A DNA stretch of 63,353 nucleotides, counting the filler, from Sanchytrium tribonematis (taxonomy: Eukaryota): assembly GCA_018985235.1 (NCBI GenBank). It is 26 parts of 26 records of this genome, joined end to end, with 100 filler letters (N's around TTAATTAATTAA, not from the genome) between each part and the next. Parts side by side here need not be neighbours in the genome. Positions count along the whole stretch, not along the records: positions 23,009 to 24,187 come from JADGIG010001377.1; positions 24,288 to 40,593 come from JADGIG010000136.1; 24 more parts are not named here. One strand, written 5' to 3'. Position 1 is the stretch's first letter. The number at the start of each line of letters is the position of its first letter. Positions 23,061-32,243 of this stretch are shown here, piece by piece. A program made the position numbers and the translations under genes. A model generated the notes under the pieces. The model saw only the letters and a list, made by a program, of their open reading frames with translations. It ran no database searches and was not told the DNA's origin.

Positions 23061-23858
23061 TTATTTTTGCTTATTTAAAATGGCAACATCCCCACCTAAA
23101 AATTCCTGGAGCCAGAGAGCAAAAGTCGGAGGCAGTAGTTGTAGCAAAGGACCAGACAATGTATATAATGGTCTCATCCATTGCTGAGAATAGTCCTTCT
23201 CAATAATCTCTAACAAAGATCCGCCCACGTATTCAGGTTCTAAAGAGGGCATTAACCATTTAAATTTAACAGTGAACTCTCTAAATAAATTTGTCTTGAT
23301 ATGTCCTGGGAGCAATGTTGACACATGAATGTTAAAACCTTGTAATTCAGATCGGAGACCATTTGCAAAGGAAAATGTTGCTGCCTTTGACGCACAATAT
23401 GGTATTGCACCTGGAGCATATATAAATGAACAAACCGAGCAAGTGAATATGATGTGACCAGATTTACGGTCTTTTAGACCTGCCAGGAAAGGTTTCACAG
23501 CATAGAACAAGTTGAAGAAATTCACATTTATGATTCTTTCATATTGTTCGTCTGATATTTGATCAATAAGAAGTGGATATTGTATTCCAGCGTTAAACAC
23601 CATAACATCAGGTGTGCCATGACTCTTGAGAATTTGAGCAAATGTTTTGGTGACTTGGTCTTTGGAACTCAAGTCACACTTGTAAAAATCACAATCGAAT
23701 GAAGGCTTATTTAAATCTACGACTATAATTTTAACGCTATTGTACTTGTCGAGTATTTTTTCGCAAGCATCCTTTCCGATTCCAGAAGAGCCTCCTGTAA
23801 TGAGTATCTTTTTCTCATCTAAGACGATATGTTGGGTTCCGCAAAGATTGAATAACAT
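23061..23858 (-). CDS. Short-chain dehydrogenase/reductase (retinol dehydrogenase-like)
   Basis: ITGGSSGIG, NAGI, YCASKAA (YxxxK), PGHIKT. Confidence 0.92.
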   Translation of the reverse strand: MLFNLCGTQHIVLDEKKILITGGSSGIGKDACEKILDKYNSVKIIVVDLNKPSFDCDFYKCDLSSKDQVTKTFAQILKSHGTPDVMVFNAGIQYPLLIDQISDEQYERIINVNFFNLFYAVKPFLAGLKDRKSGHIIFTCSVCSFIYAPGAIPYCASKAATFSFANGLRSELQGFNIHVSTLLPGHIKTNLFREFTVKFKWLMPSLEPEYVGGSLLEIIEKDYSQQWMRPLYTLSGPLLQLLPPTFALWLQEFLGGDVAILNKQK

Positions 23859-23968
23859 TCTGTTTGGTAATCTCCGCTTAAGGGTCACACGTGCCTAATT
23901 CTTGATTTTTAAATTATTGGCAGGACCACCGTTAAATCCCCGTTTGATCTATTTTTGCAGCGCAGTAA

Positions 23969-24187
23969 ATGTTCAATCTCCTTCATTTCGTAATAGCGAT
24001 ATCAGCACCATTAATACTTTTTACACCAAAATTATCACGTACTAAAATGTTTAGATTAATATTGGGCTGGCTCTTTTCACTTCTGTTTCTAGGCAAAGTC
24101 AATTGGGATTTTAATGAATTGATAGTGTTTTATTGCTTATGGACCATTCCTTTAATGCTTCCGACTCTACTTCTGTTGGAATTGTAT
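23969..24187 (+). CDS. Membrane protein N-terminus, partial
   Basis: Hydrophobic ORF running into the spacer. Confidence 0.4.
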
Positions 24188-24737
24188 NNNNNNNNNNNNN
24201 NNNNNNNNNNNNNNNNNNNNNNNNNNNNNNNTTAATTAATTAANNNNNNNNNNNNNNNNNNNNNNNNNNNNNNNNNNNNNNNNNNNNATCATTGTGTTTC
24301 GGTGTAGCCAACAATGAAAAAACCCTTGTGTATCATGTATTTACAACCATTGGACAAAACTCTCAGAAGGGGATAAGGCACAAGTAAGCACAAATGCGCA
24401 CTAGTAATCACAACATTATCTCAGCTTGAAATTTGGGCCAAGTAAAACTTAAATTTAATTGAAATATAAATTTTTATTTGGGGTAAAGGGTGACACTCCA
24501 ACGATCCTGCTTTTCTACAGAGCACGGCTGGAAGCGAGTGCAGAACATCACCTATCTGGTGGTCATTTAACAAGTAAGGCTGTTGCTTCAACTTGTGCCA
24601 TGACCATACATTTTAAAAATCAATTTCATGCCGGCGTGTACCTTTATATTTTATATAGAGGGTCAAATCCTGCAAAGATATTAGCAAATTTATTTTCATG
24701 AGTTTTCTGTCTGTTTTTTTAAATATGTGGCTGGTCT

Positions 24738-25874
24738 ATGAACATTACTGAGAATGTCGTTCTCACGCGTAAGCAGAATGAAAATACACCCGGCAAATCA
24801 CTTGTTGATAATCAAAAAATTGACTGGGATCAAGAAATTCAAATAACAGATGGAGATTCAAGAATACTAAAAATTCGAAAATTGATATTTAATTTACTAG
24901 AAAGTCCAGATTATAATTTTTACTCAAAATCATACGCCATCATTTTCGCAATCATAATTGTTGGATCAGTCCTTCAATTCGCATTGGAGTCTGTATATTC
25001 ACTCAATAATACCGATGAGCAAATTGCTCTCATGAATTCATTTGATGCATTTTTCAGCATTGTGTTCAGTATTGATTATTTCACAAAAATTGTGTCTTGT
25101 CCCAATTACTTTAAGCTTCCCAAATTACTAATGAAACCATTTTGGATTATTGATTTACTCTCCATCTTGCCATTTTATATCGATCTAGCCACAGAGGGAT
25201 CCTCAAATACATCAGTCATCAGAATTGTCCGAATCGTGCGGATATTCAGGATCTTCAGATTACTAAAAGCCAGTAGAAACATAAAAGAAGTCCAACTCGT
25301 ATTTGAATCTATAAAAAGATCCTATACAGCCATTCTAATGTTGTTTTTTATGGTTGGCAATTGCTTATTATTTTATGGGTCATTTATTTATTACTTTGAA
25401 TTATCCATTACCACTAGAGATCCCAATACCAATATTTTAATGTACTCTGATGGTATTTTAAGTGGCAAAGCAACTGGCTTCCAATCTATTCCAGATACTA
25501 TGTGGTTTGGTGCTGTTACAATTACCACTGTGGGTTATGGAGACATGTACCCAATTACCCCACTTGGTAAAATATTTGCTGCATGCATGGCGATCACTGG
25601 ATTGTTAGTCATTGCTTACCCAGTCACCATTTTGAGCAGCAACATGGGTGAATTATACAGAGAGCATCGCTTGTTGAAGCAGAGTAGAATAAGAAAAAAT
25701 CACAGAGTCTTTCATTATAGAAAAGAAGAACTGGCGCTCATTCAAATTTTGAATGAATGCTTAATACGGAACAATAATTTGGTGAGTGACATGAGTAGCA
25801 AATTAACAAACATGCTTTATGAACATGAGGATATTCAGATCTGTATTGACACTTTAAAAGGAATTGATTCCTAA
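24738..25874 (+). CDS. Voltage-gated potassium channel (6TM Kv, Shaker-like, no T1 domain)
   Basis: S4 RIVRIVRIFRIFRLLK, pore FQSIPDTMW...TTVGYGD, IDLLSILPFY. Confidence 0.93.
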   Translation: MNITENVVLTRKQNENTPGKSLVDNQKIDWDQEIQITDGDSRILKIRKLIFNLLESPDYNFYSKSYAIIFAIIIVGSVLQFALESVYSLNNTDEQIALMNSFDAFFSIVFSIDYFTKIVSCPNYFKLPKLLMKPFWIIDLLSILPFYIDLATEGSSNTSVIRIVRIVRIFRIFRLLKASRNIKEVQLVFESIKRSYTAILMLFFMVGNCLLFYGSFIYYFELSITTRDPNTNILMYSDGILSGKATGFQSIPDTMWFGAVTITTVGYGDMYPITPLGKIFAACMAITGLLVIAYPVTILSSNMGELYREHRLLKQSRIRKNHRVFHYRKEELALIQILNECLIRNNNLVSDMSSKLTNMLYEHEDIQICIDTLKGIDS

Positions 25875-26069
25875 GTGTTTGAATATTCATGAGACTAATG
25901 AAAATTTGGAGATCCAGTGGTGAAAGATATCAGAGACTAGAGAGCTTGACGCAATTCCACATTTCTCCACAATTTCCAACTGAAATTTATACGGCCATAA
26001 AACTAATAATTTATTTAAAGGGTCTTGAACAAAATTTACTTGGACATAGCCCTACTAAGTTCAATTAGA

Positions 26070-27827
26070 TTATCCATATAATGCAATCCCTAGAAAGCGA
26101 AAATTATACTTGAAATATTTCTCGTTTTTAATACAAATTTGAACATCTCTCCTACTACTTTCTATTGGAATCTTCCCTTTGCCAATATCTGTTGAATTGG
26201 AAACCATGGGTCCTTCAACACAATACGTCTTTCTTAATTTCCTAGGGATTTTGTTTTGTCTAAAGTCTGTTACTGCATCTCTCCATTCCATACCTTTCAA
26301 CTCTTTGTAATTTTCAGACGTCTTATATGAATCCTTAGCAGTAAATACCATTACACATACCATATTCCCATTTAATTTTGTGCTATTTCCCCTTTCCTTG
26401 GCAGAATCAAAATTATTTTGCAAGTAAAATGCTGATTCATTTGTTGTGTTAAAATCTTGTCCAAAAGTGTAACCAGATTTTAATTCCCATGTACAATCTT
26501 CAATCCAATTTAAACAATAACTTCCACAAGTTCCATGGTACAACAATATTTCATTTTCATTTCTTAATTGATCAAGTTTCAATTCTTCTTGATTTATATT
26601 CCAAGAAATAAATATAGTATCATCCTTTGATTCATTAGATTGAGTAAATGATAATCGACAACCATCTTTAAATCGAGTTGCCAAATTACCATCAAAATCT
26701 TTAAAACTGGATATAACATCAATTGAAGTGAATGCACCTTGAATGGATTCATATGCCAACAACACATCCTTTTTTAAATTGTCTGTTTTACCATGAAATG
26801 ATATACAACAATCATACAACTTTGAATAACCCTTGAATAAATAAAAAACATCTGACCACGTCGCTTCATTTGTAAGCATTTCATCCAAAAACGACATGAC
26901 CAAGTTACCACCATATAAATACTCCTCAATATCTTCATGTGTCTCTAGCCATGTCTCCCATTTATTACCATCAAATTGACAAGAAACTACTTGTTCAAGA
27001 GGAAGTTTGTTCATTTCCAATGAAGATACAAAATAATTCAGAATACGAATAGGACTCAAATTACATCTAAAGCATGTATTGCCTGGATAGTCGTGGTCTT
27101 TGACGACAGTCATAAAACAACTGCCACAAATCTCAAATTTGTCAATTGTTCCAATTACGTCTTTTCCTTGCACAACACTATTGCCTTTTGCCTCAAATAA
27201 ATACTTCAGGTCATCTGGAGTCTGTAAATCAAAAACGGTTTCCATACTAAACTCATCTTGTAGTTTACCCAAGATTACAAAAAACACATGCCTACAAAAG
27301 TTAATATTCTTAAATCTTTTAATACCATTCATCGCATGTCTTGTAGTACTAAAATCGCTACAATCACATTTAAGTGAATTGATACACTCAATTTTATACT
27401 TTTTCAAAATAAAATCTTCATCTTTGACAAGTTGAAGTTCTGTCAAATATAGACTCTTGTTGATTTTATCAACTTTGTGAATATCTATAATATTTGTGAA
27501 TGATTCAACTATGTCATGTACTATATTGACATGCATTTCGATAATCTCAGAACGAAAGTTATTTTCAATGATTTTCTTGGTTGAAATTAAGGACAACCAG
27601 GCATATTTCATATCCAACAAAAAATTTAAATCGTTCCATTCATTTTCATTGAGTTTGTTATTATGAGCCATTAAAGGAAATTTAAATGAAGGTTTTTGGT
27701 ACTTAATATCTTTATATTCGACTCCTTTTAAATATTTCCACGCTGATGAATTTGTAATCTGCTCCATCTTATTTTTTAGAACATTCTCATCAGCCCTTTT
27801 AATTTTTATCGACTTTCCCAAATTCAT
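26070..27827 (-). CDS. SWIM zinc finger + C-terminal DUF3990/ADP-ribosyltransferase-like domain protein
   Basis: CDCSDF...FCRHVF (SWIM CxC..CxH); C-terminal LYHGT...QDF...AFYL...EWRDAV..FR...VEGPMV...QICIK. Confidence 0.65.
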   Translation of the reverse strand: MNLGKSIKIKRADENVLKNKMEQITNSSAWKYLKGVEYKDIKYQKPSFKFPLMAHNNKLNENEWNDLNFLLDMKYAWLSLISTKKIIENNFRSEIIEMHVNIVHDIVESFTNIIDIHKVDKINKSLYLTELQLVKDEDFILKKYKIECINSLKCDCSDFSTTRHAMNGIKRFKNINFCRHVFFVILGKLQDEFSMETVFDLQTPDDLKYLFEAKGNSVVQGKDVIGTIDKFEICGSCFMTVVKDHDYPGNTCFRCNLSPIRILNYFVSSLEMNKLPLEQVVSCQFDGNKWETWLETHEDIEEYLYGGNLVMSFLDEMLTNEATWSDVFYLFKGYSKLYDCCISFHGKTDNLKKDVLLAYESIQGAFTSIDVISSFKDFDGNLATRFKDGCRLSFTQSNESKDDTIFISWNINQEELKLDQLRNENEILLYHGTCGSYCLNWIEDCTWELKSGYTFGQDFNTTNESAFYLQNNFDSAKERGNSTKLNGNMVCVMVFTAKDSYKTSENYKELKGMEWRDAVTDFRQNKIPRKLRKTYCVEGPMVSNSTDIGKGKIPIESSRRDVQICIKNEKYFKYNFRFLGIALYG

Positions 27828-27935
27828 TTTGTCCTTGTTTTACTTTTCTGGCACAAATCCTTGACTTTTATTTCAACTGTCATCAAAAATAGAACAATAA
27901 TATATCATAACAGGATCTAAATTAAAGATAAAGCA

Positions 27936-28137
27936 TTTCGAATGTTTGTAAATGAGACCCAGGTTCCTTGATGAGACCACTTTAAAGAGCAGAAGTATCA
28001 AAGTTACTTGCAAAAAGACGATCACTTTCCATGAAAAGCTATTCAAAAAATTGAGAACCAAAAGGAACAGGCACGACAAATAATTTATCCTTCGTTTAAA
28101 GATTGTTGACAATATCAATATCAATTTTGTGCAAATG
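27936..28137 (-). pseudogene. Decayed partial duplicate of the C-terminal part of the neighbouring RT gene
   Basis: Nucleotide similarity to 28766-28969 (shared TTTGTAAATGAGACCC, GGTTCCTTGATGAGACCAC, AAAAGACGATCACTTTCC); translates HLHKIDIDIVNNL*...ESDRL...*SGLIKEPGSHLQ with stops. Confidence 0.85.
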
Positions 28138-28233
28138 CTAAAAAAGTATAATGAAAGAAGATTTTGATAAAAAGATGGTATATCTAGCTTATTTGAGTTT
28201 TATTCTTATATGTTTTGTGGTGTTACTTCGGGG

Positions 28234-28461
28234 CTATACTCTCGAGTACGTGTACGTACGTTCATGCCCGCGACCTCTCCACTCTCGTGGACCCCTGTCG
28301 TTTCTGATACAAAATAGATAGATAACTCTAAGTAGACACATCCCACTTATGACACCCAGAACAGCAGCTGTATAAGATAACGAAGGCTCTTTGGATAATA
28401 CAGCGACACATTGTAATACATACACTACTCCCACTTTCCACATTTGCCATACGGAATTCAT
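28234..28461 (-). CDS. Small putative membrane protein, 75 aa
   Basis: Two hydrophobic stretches and a basic tail; TGATTGG element 50 nt upstream of the ATG, as at several housekeeping genes. Confidence 0.35.
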   Translation of the reverse strand: MNSVWQMWKVGVVYVLQCVAVLSKEPSLSYTAAVLGVISGMCLLRVIYLFCIRNDRGPREWRGRGHERTYTYSRV

Positions 28462-28607
28462 TTCTGCAGTGCGTTTCCATGGGAGGTTCTCCGTTAATTA
28501 GTCGACCAAGCCAATCAGCATTCAAGATCCAGATTGGTTCTTTGGTGATTGTTTGATGTGAAATTCTACGGTACTATTGGTATAAAACAAGAGAAAAAGC
28601 ATTTAAA

Positions 28608-29818
28608 TTATCTGTTTTTATTAGATGTATTAATCTTATAAATAATCCACAATACCCAAATTAATTGTGCAGATGTAATATATTGGTATAAATACTTGCA
28701 TTTTGAGATCCATTTATCTACTAGCAACTGACATGTTTCAAGATCATAATCTTGTCGCAGAATTCTTTCGAATATTTGTAAATGAGACCCGGGTTCCTTG
28801 ATGAGACCACTGTAAAGAGCATAAGTTTCATTGGTATTTGTTAAAAGACGATCACTTTCCAATAAAACCCATTTGAAAAATTGAGAATCCAACAGGAATA
28901 GGTGCGACAAAGAATCTTTATCCTTCATTAATAGATTGTCGACAATTCAATATCAATTTCATGCAAATGTAACAAGTCAGGACGCTTATGCGGAATTTCC
29001 CGTATGCCAGTTTTAGATGCATTTAAAGAAAACTTGAAATCTTCTACAGATTGCATAGTAAGCATCAAACCTCCATTGACATCATCTTTCGTTGGACCAA
29101 AGAAATAAAAAGCCTCGTCAAATCGAATCACTTCAATCTTGTCCAAAAGCGAGTTCATTTTTGACTTTATGTGAATATCAAGACACAATAGAATGAATTC
29201 AGCAAGTTCAGAAAATATCTCTTGACCTATTGGTAAGGAAACAGGCTCTTTATATATACAAGATCGATATAAAGCCTCCAACTTATTAGGCCAAGCTTTT
29301 GGATTGTTTAATTCTTTTGACGCTTTTTTTACCCAAGCCAACCAAGAAATTGCGTGAATGTAGATAGAGTTGTAGAATGCACTTATGTCTGTCTTGCCTA
29401 AAAAGTTGTAATTTTTCAATTTTTCTTGAAATTGTGTCATGAATTGAACTAGATTGCTACATCTATCAAATGAGGTATATCTTGTTTGTTTCTGCTTTTC
29501 TGCCTCTATAGTGCTAAAAAAATTGGCTAAATTTGGACATTCAAAATCGTCTCCTTTAATCAAGTCGGTAGTCTTCAGGTTTATACAAACAGATGATTCC
29601 TGGATTGCGTCACGCACTTTTTGAACATAATTTGGATGAATAATGCTACATTTCGTAAAATCATATAAAGATTTTGCATAATAAAATGATATCTGTTCAT
29701 TCACATTTTTAAATATTGAATTGATAGCTATAGTCTTCAACATGTCATTTGGTAAAACACTGGGAAACGTGCTAATTTTTACAGTTGATTTTTCAGGTTC
29801 CTGCCTCTTACGTAACAT
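28608..29818 (-). pseudogene. Bacterial-type (Abi/UG/DRT-like) reverse transcriptase, frameshifted, with degenerate catalytic motif
   Basis: KTDISAFYNSIYIHAISW, LPIGQEIFSELAEFILLCLD, RFDEAF at the YxDD position, LNASKT; a 1-nt deletion near 28946 splits it into 296-aa and 106-aa ORFs. Confidence 0.8.
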
Positions 29819-29942
29819 GTTTTACACTTTAATCCTAATGAATCAAAATTTTTATGTTCCACAATCTGAGTAGATACATACAATGATGAAGCTAAAATAT
29901 TTGGAATTCATTATAATTAGATCCTCAATCATACTAGTCGGA

Positions 29943-30069
29943 TATTTCTCGACGAATTGTATTTTGACGACTTAAACACTGAAGCCGACATGTTACACCT
30001 TTTTATTTCTCGACGATTTGTATTTTGACGACTTAAACACTGAAGCTGACATGTTTCGCCTTTTTATTT
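29943..30069. repeat. Two tandem copies of a 61-bp unit
   Basis: TATTTCTCGACGAWTTGTATTTTGACGACTTAAACACTGAAGCYGACATGTT..CCTTTT at 29943 and 30004, few mismatches. Confidence 0.95.
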
Positions 30070-30167
30070 ACAAAATCTGATTTTTACTGTAATTGTGTTT
30101 TTAGAATTCTAATCTTGTGGCTTTAATTCTCACCCTCTGATTATCCGTAATCCATACATTTGTAACA

Positions 30168-30485
30168 ATGGGGTTCAATTTTAGCAAGCAAAATCCAGAA
30201 TTTAATCCAAATGGAAACAATCTAACATTTGATGTTTTTAATAATTGCGACTTTGAAAGTAGGCTTAAAATACGAGAGCTCACAAAAATAACACCCAATG
30301 ATGAAAAACAACTGATCAATTATTGTTGCTCCAAATTGCCTCGATTTTTAGGATTTACACCAATACATACACTTAGTCTATTCCATTTTCCTCCTTATAT
30401 TGTCTTCGATTATGTAGACAAAATTATGGTCAATGGAGTGGAAGTCCAAATCTGGATACGTAAACACAAATTTTTGCAATTCTGA
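30168..30485 (+). CDS. Hypothetical protein, 105 aa, possible N-myristoylation start (MGxxxSK)
   Basis: ATG-initiated ORF MGFNFSK...; no family recognised. Confidence 0.4.
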   Translation: MGFNFSKQNPEFNPNGNNLTFDVFNNCDFESRLKIRELTKITPNDEKQLINYCCSKLPRFLGFTPIHTLSLFHFPPYIVFDYVDKIMVNGVEVQIWIRKHKFLQF

Positions 30486-30711
30486 TTTTGAGATAACAAT
30501 TTATGATATCAATGATGGATTTCTACGCAAGTAAAACAGGAGGATTTGCATATCACGTATTCAATGATAAAGAATAAGGACAATATTACAGTTGAAATTT
30601 TAAAATATAGGTACCATATCTGCTCAGATATACCGGAGGGACCCTCCGGTGAAGATGCTGTGTGTAAATTTTCATTAGGGGAACTCAAAACAAACAACTG
30701 CCCTATCTGAC

Positions 30712-30945
30712 ATGAATTTAAATTTAGTATTGATTTCTTATATGGTGTTTGGCGGACCATTGTCATATGGTATTTGCCAGTCTGGATGCAATGCCGTCGT
30801 TGTTGCTTGTTATACGGGAGCGGGATTTACCTTTGGAACTGTAACTGGAGGCACTGGAATACCAGCAGCAATTGCAGGTTGTAATGCTGCGCTTGGTGTG
30901 TGTATGGCTGGGTGTGTAGCAGCCGGATTATCTCCAATACCTTAG
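30712..30945 (+). CDS. Small secreted Cys-rich protein (widespread family often annotated as zygote-specific class V protein)
   Basis: Signal-like N-terminus plus GPLSYGICQSGCNAVVVACY..AGFTFGTV...CNAALGVCMAGC..A..SPIP. Confidence 0.85.
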   Translation: MNLNLVLISYMVFGGPLSYGICQSGCNAVVVACYTGAGFTFGTVTGGTGIPAAIAGCNAALGVCMAGCVAAGLSPIP

Positions 30946-31284
30946 TAAAACACAATTTTAATATTTTCTTTAGTCAAAAAACACAAATCATAATCTTTTT
31001 TTTTGCAAAAATACGATGTATTGCAATATTCATTCAATGCACGTATTTCTCAAATAATAGGCTCATTTTATGAGATGTAGAAATTGACAGATCAGTTCAC
31101 ATAAACGACGCAAGAGGACTTTATCTGCAAAATAGGGAGAGTGATAGAAGTTTTTTTGCAGACCAACAATTCTGAAAGGCACTCTAAGTAAATCCCTTAT
31201 TGGAGAAGATGTACATGAATCTAACAGTTGCAGCAAGAAAGTAGTTTTCACTTTCCAGTTTCTTAAAACAGTGATTAAATCTAA

Positions 31285-32178
31285 ATGCCTTTAACTTCAG
31301 CATCGAATTTTCAACTCAATGCTTCTTCTCATGTATCCGAATTGCAGACATTTCATCTCTCTTGGAAATTTGACCACATGGCAGACATGGCAATGATTGA
31401 CAATTTGGAAAGACAAGCTGAGTCGCGAGAAACGATCTATTCCTTTCATTTTACGACAGAGAGTAATCCATTAGATCAGGGCTGGATACTCTCTCGCGAA
31501 TGCTACGAGTCTAAGGAAATATATTATGATACAAAAGACTTCAGACAAGCAATGAATGGCAAATTTGTTAAAAGAGTTGAAAATGGGGTGATTATTGAAA
31601 AAATCGTGAGCCAATCTAAAGGCCTAATTTACCGAAAGCGGAAAGTGTATGATTATGAACAAGATGATGTAGTTCCATTTAAAATTTTAATTCAATGTCA
31701 AGATTATCAAAAAAATAATGTGGAATTGTTAGAAATTGTTGCTGAATACCCCAATGGAGACCGACATCATTTTTATCAATTACAGGCTGGAAGTTTAAAA
31801 GAATTAGAATTTAAAATCAAATTAATCAGATTTTTTGAACCCCAATCTTGCAGAAGCACCATCATGGAAGGAATTTATAGATATTCCAATTTAGTGTTGT
31901 ATAAAAGTATTGCGAATATTTGTGAAATAAGGAATGCAGAATATGCTTCATGCGGCACTGGCCTGAATAAGAAAGAGAGGCATACAAATTCTCATTTTTA
32001 TAAAAAAAGTGTATCAGATATAGATTTTATTATTATGTGTTTAAGAATAGATGGAGAAATTCCAGACAAGTATCCTGATCCTTTGTTGAATTTCAAGCAA
32101 TTTCTCACGACATTCAAAAAGATTTCAGAACAAGAAACTAAAAACTACAACGAATATAGCGATAACAGCGCTTTCTAA
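31285..32178 (+). CDS. Divergent CYTH-like (triphosphate tunnel) protein, paralogue 1
   Basis: KEIYYDTKDFRQAMNGKFVKR resembles the CYTH DxYYDTxDxxLxxxGxxLRxR motif; paralogous blocks at 34970-35647 and 38330-39187. Confidence 0.5.
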   Translation: MPLTSASNFQLNASSHVSELQTFHLSWKFDHMADMAMIDNLERQAESRETIYSFHFTTESNPLDQGWILSRECYESKEIYYDTKDFRQAMNGKFVKRVENGVIIEKIVSQSKGLIYRKRKVYDYEQDDVVPFKILIQCQDYQKNNVELLEIVAEYPNGDRHHFYQLQAGSLKELEFKIKLIRFFEPQSCRSTIMEGIYRYSNLVLYKSIANICEIRNAEYASCGTGLNKKERHTNSHFYKKSVSDIDFIIMCLRIDGEIPDKYPDPLLNFKQFLTTFKKISEQETKNYNEYSDNSAF

Positions 32179-32243
32179 TAGCGATTTATCATATAAAATG
32201 GTTTTATATTTATATATGTAATTTATCATTTTAGTTAAGCTTT

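Noticed and set aside
27873..28124. 83-aa hydrophobic ORF from the ORF track
   Set aside because: It is an off-frame reading of the decayed RT duplicate; the homologous frame contains stops.
27936..28137. Stop-codon reassignment (TAA/TAG read as sense) to explain in-frame stops
   Set aside because: The stops align to different residues (Leu, Trp, Tyr) in the paralogue, and conserved genes end correctly at TAA/TAG/TGA (GMP synthase IEWE-TAA, QPRTase, TFIIA-gamma).
28608..29818. RT as a LINE, LTR, group II intron or rvt element
   Set aside because: No endonuclease, RNase H or maturase domain and no terminal repeats are visible; the motifs fit the bacterial Abi/UG class better.
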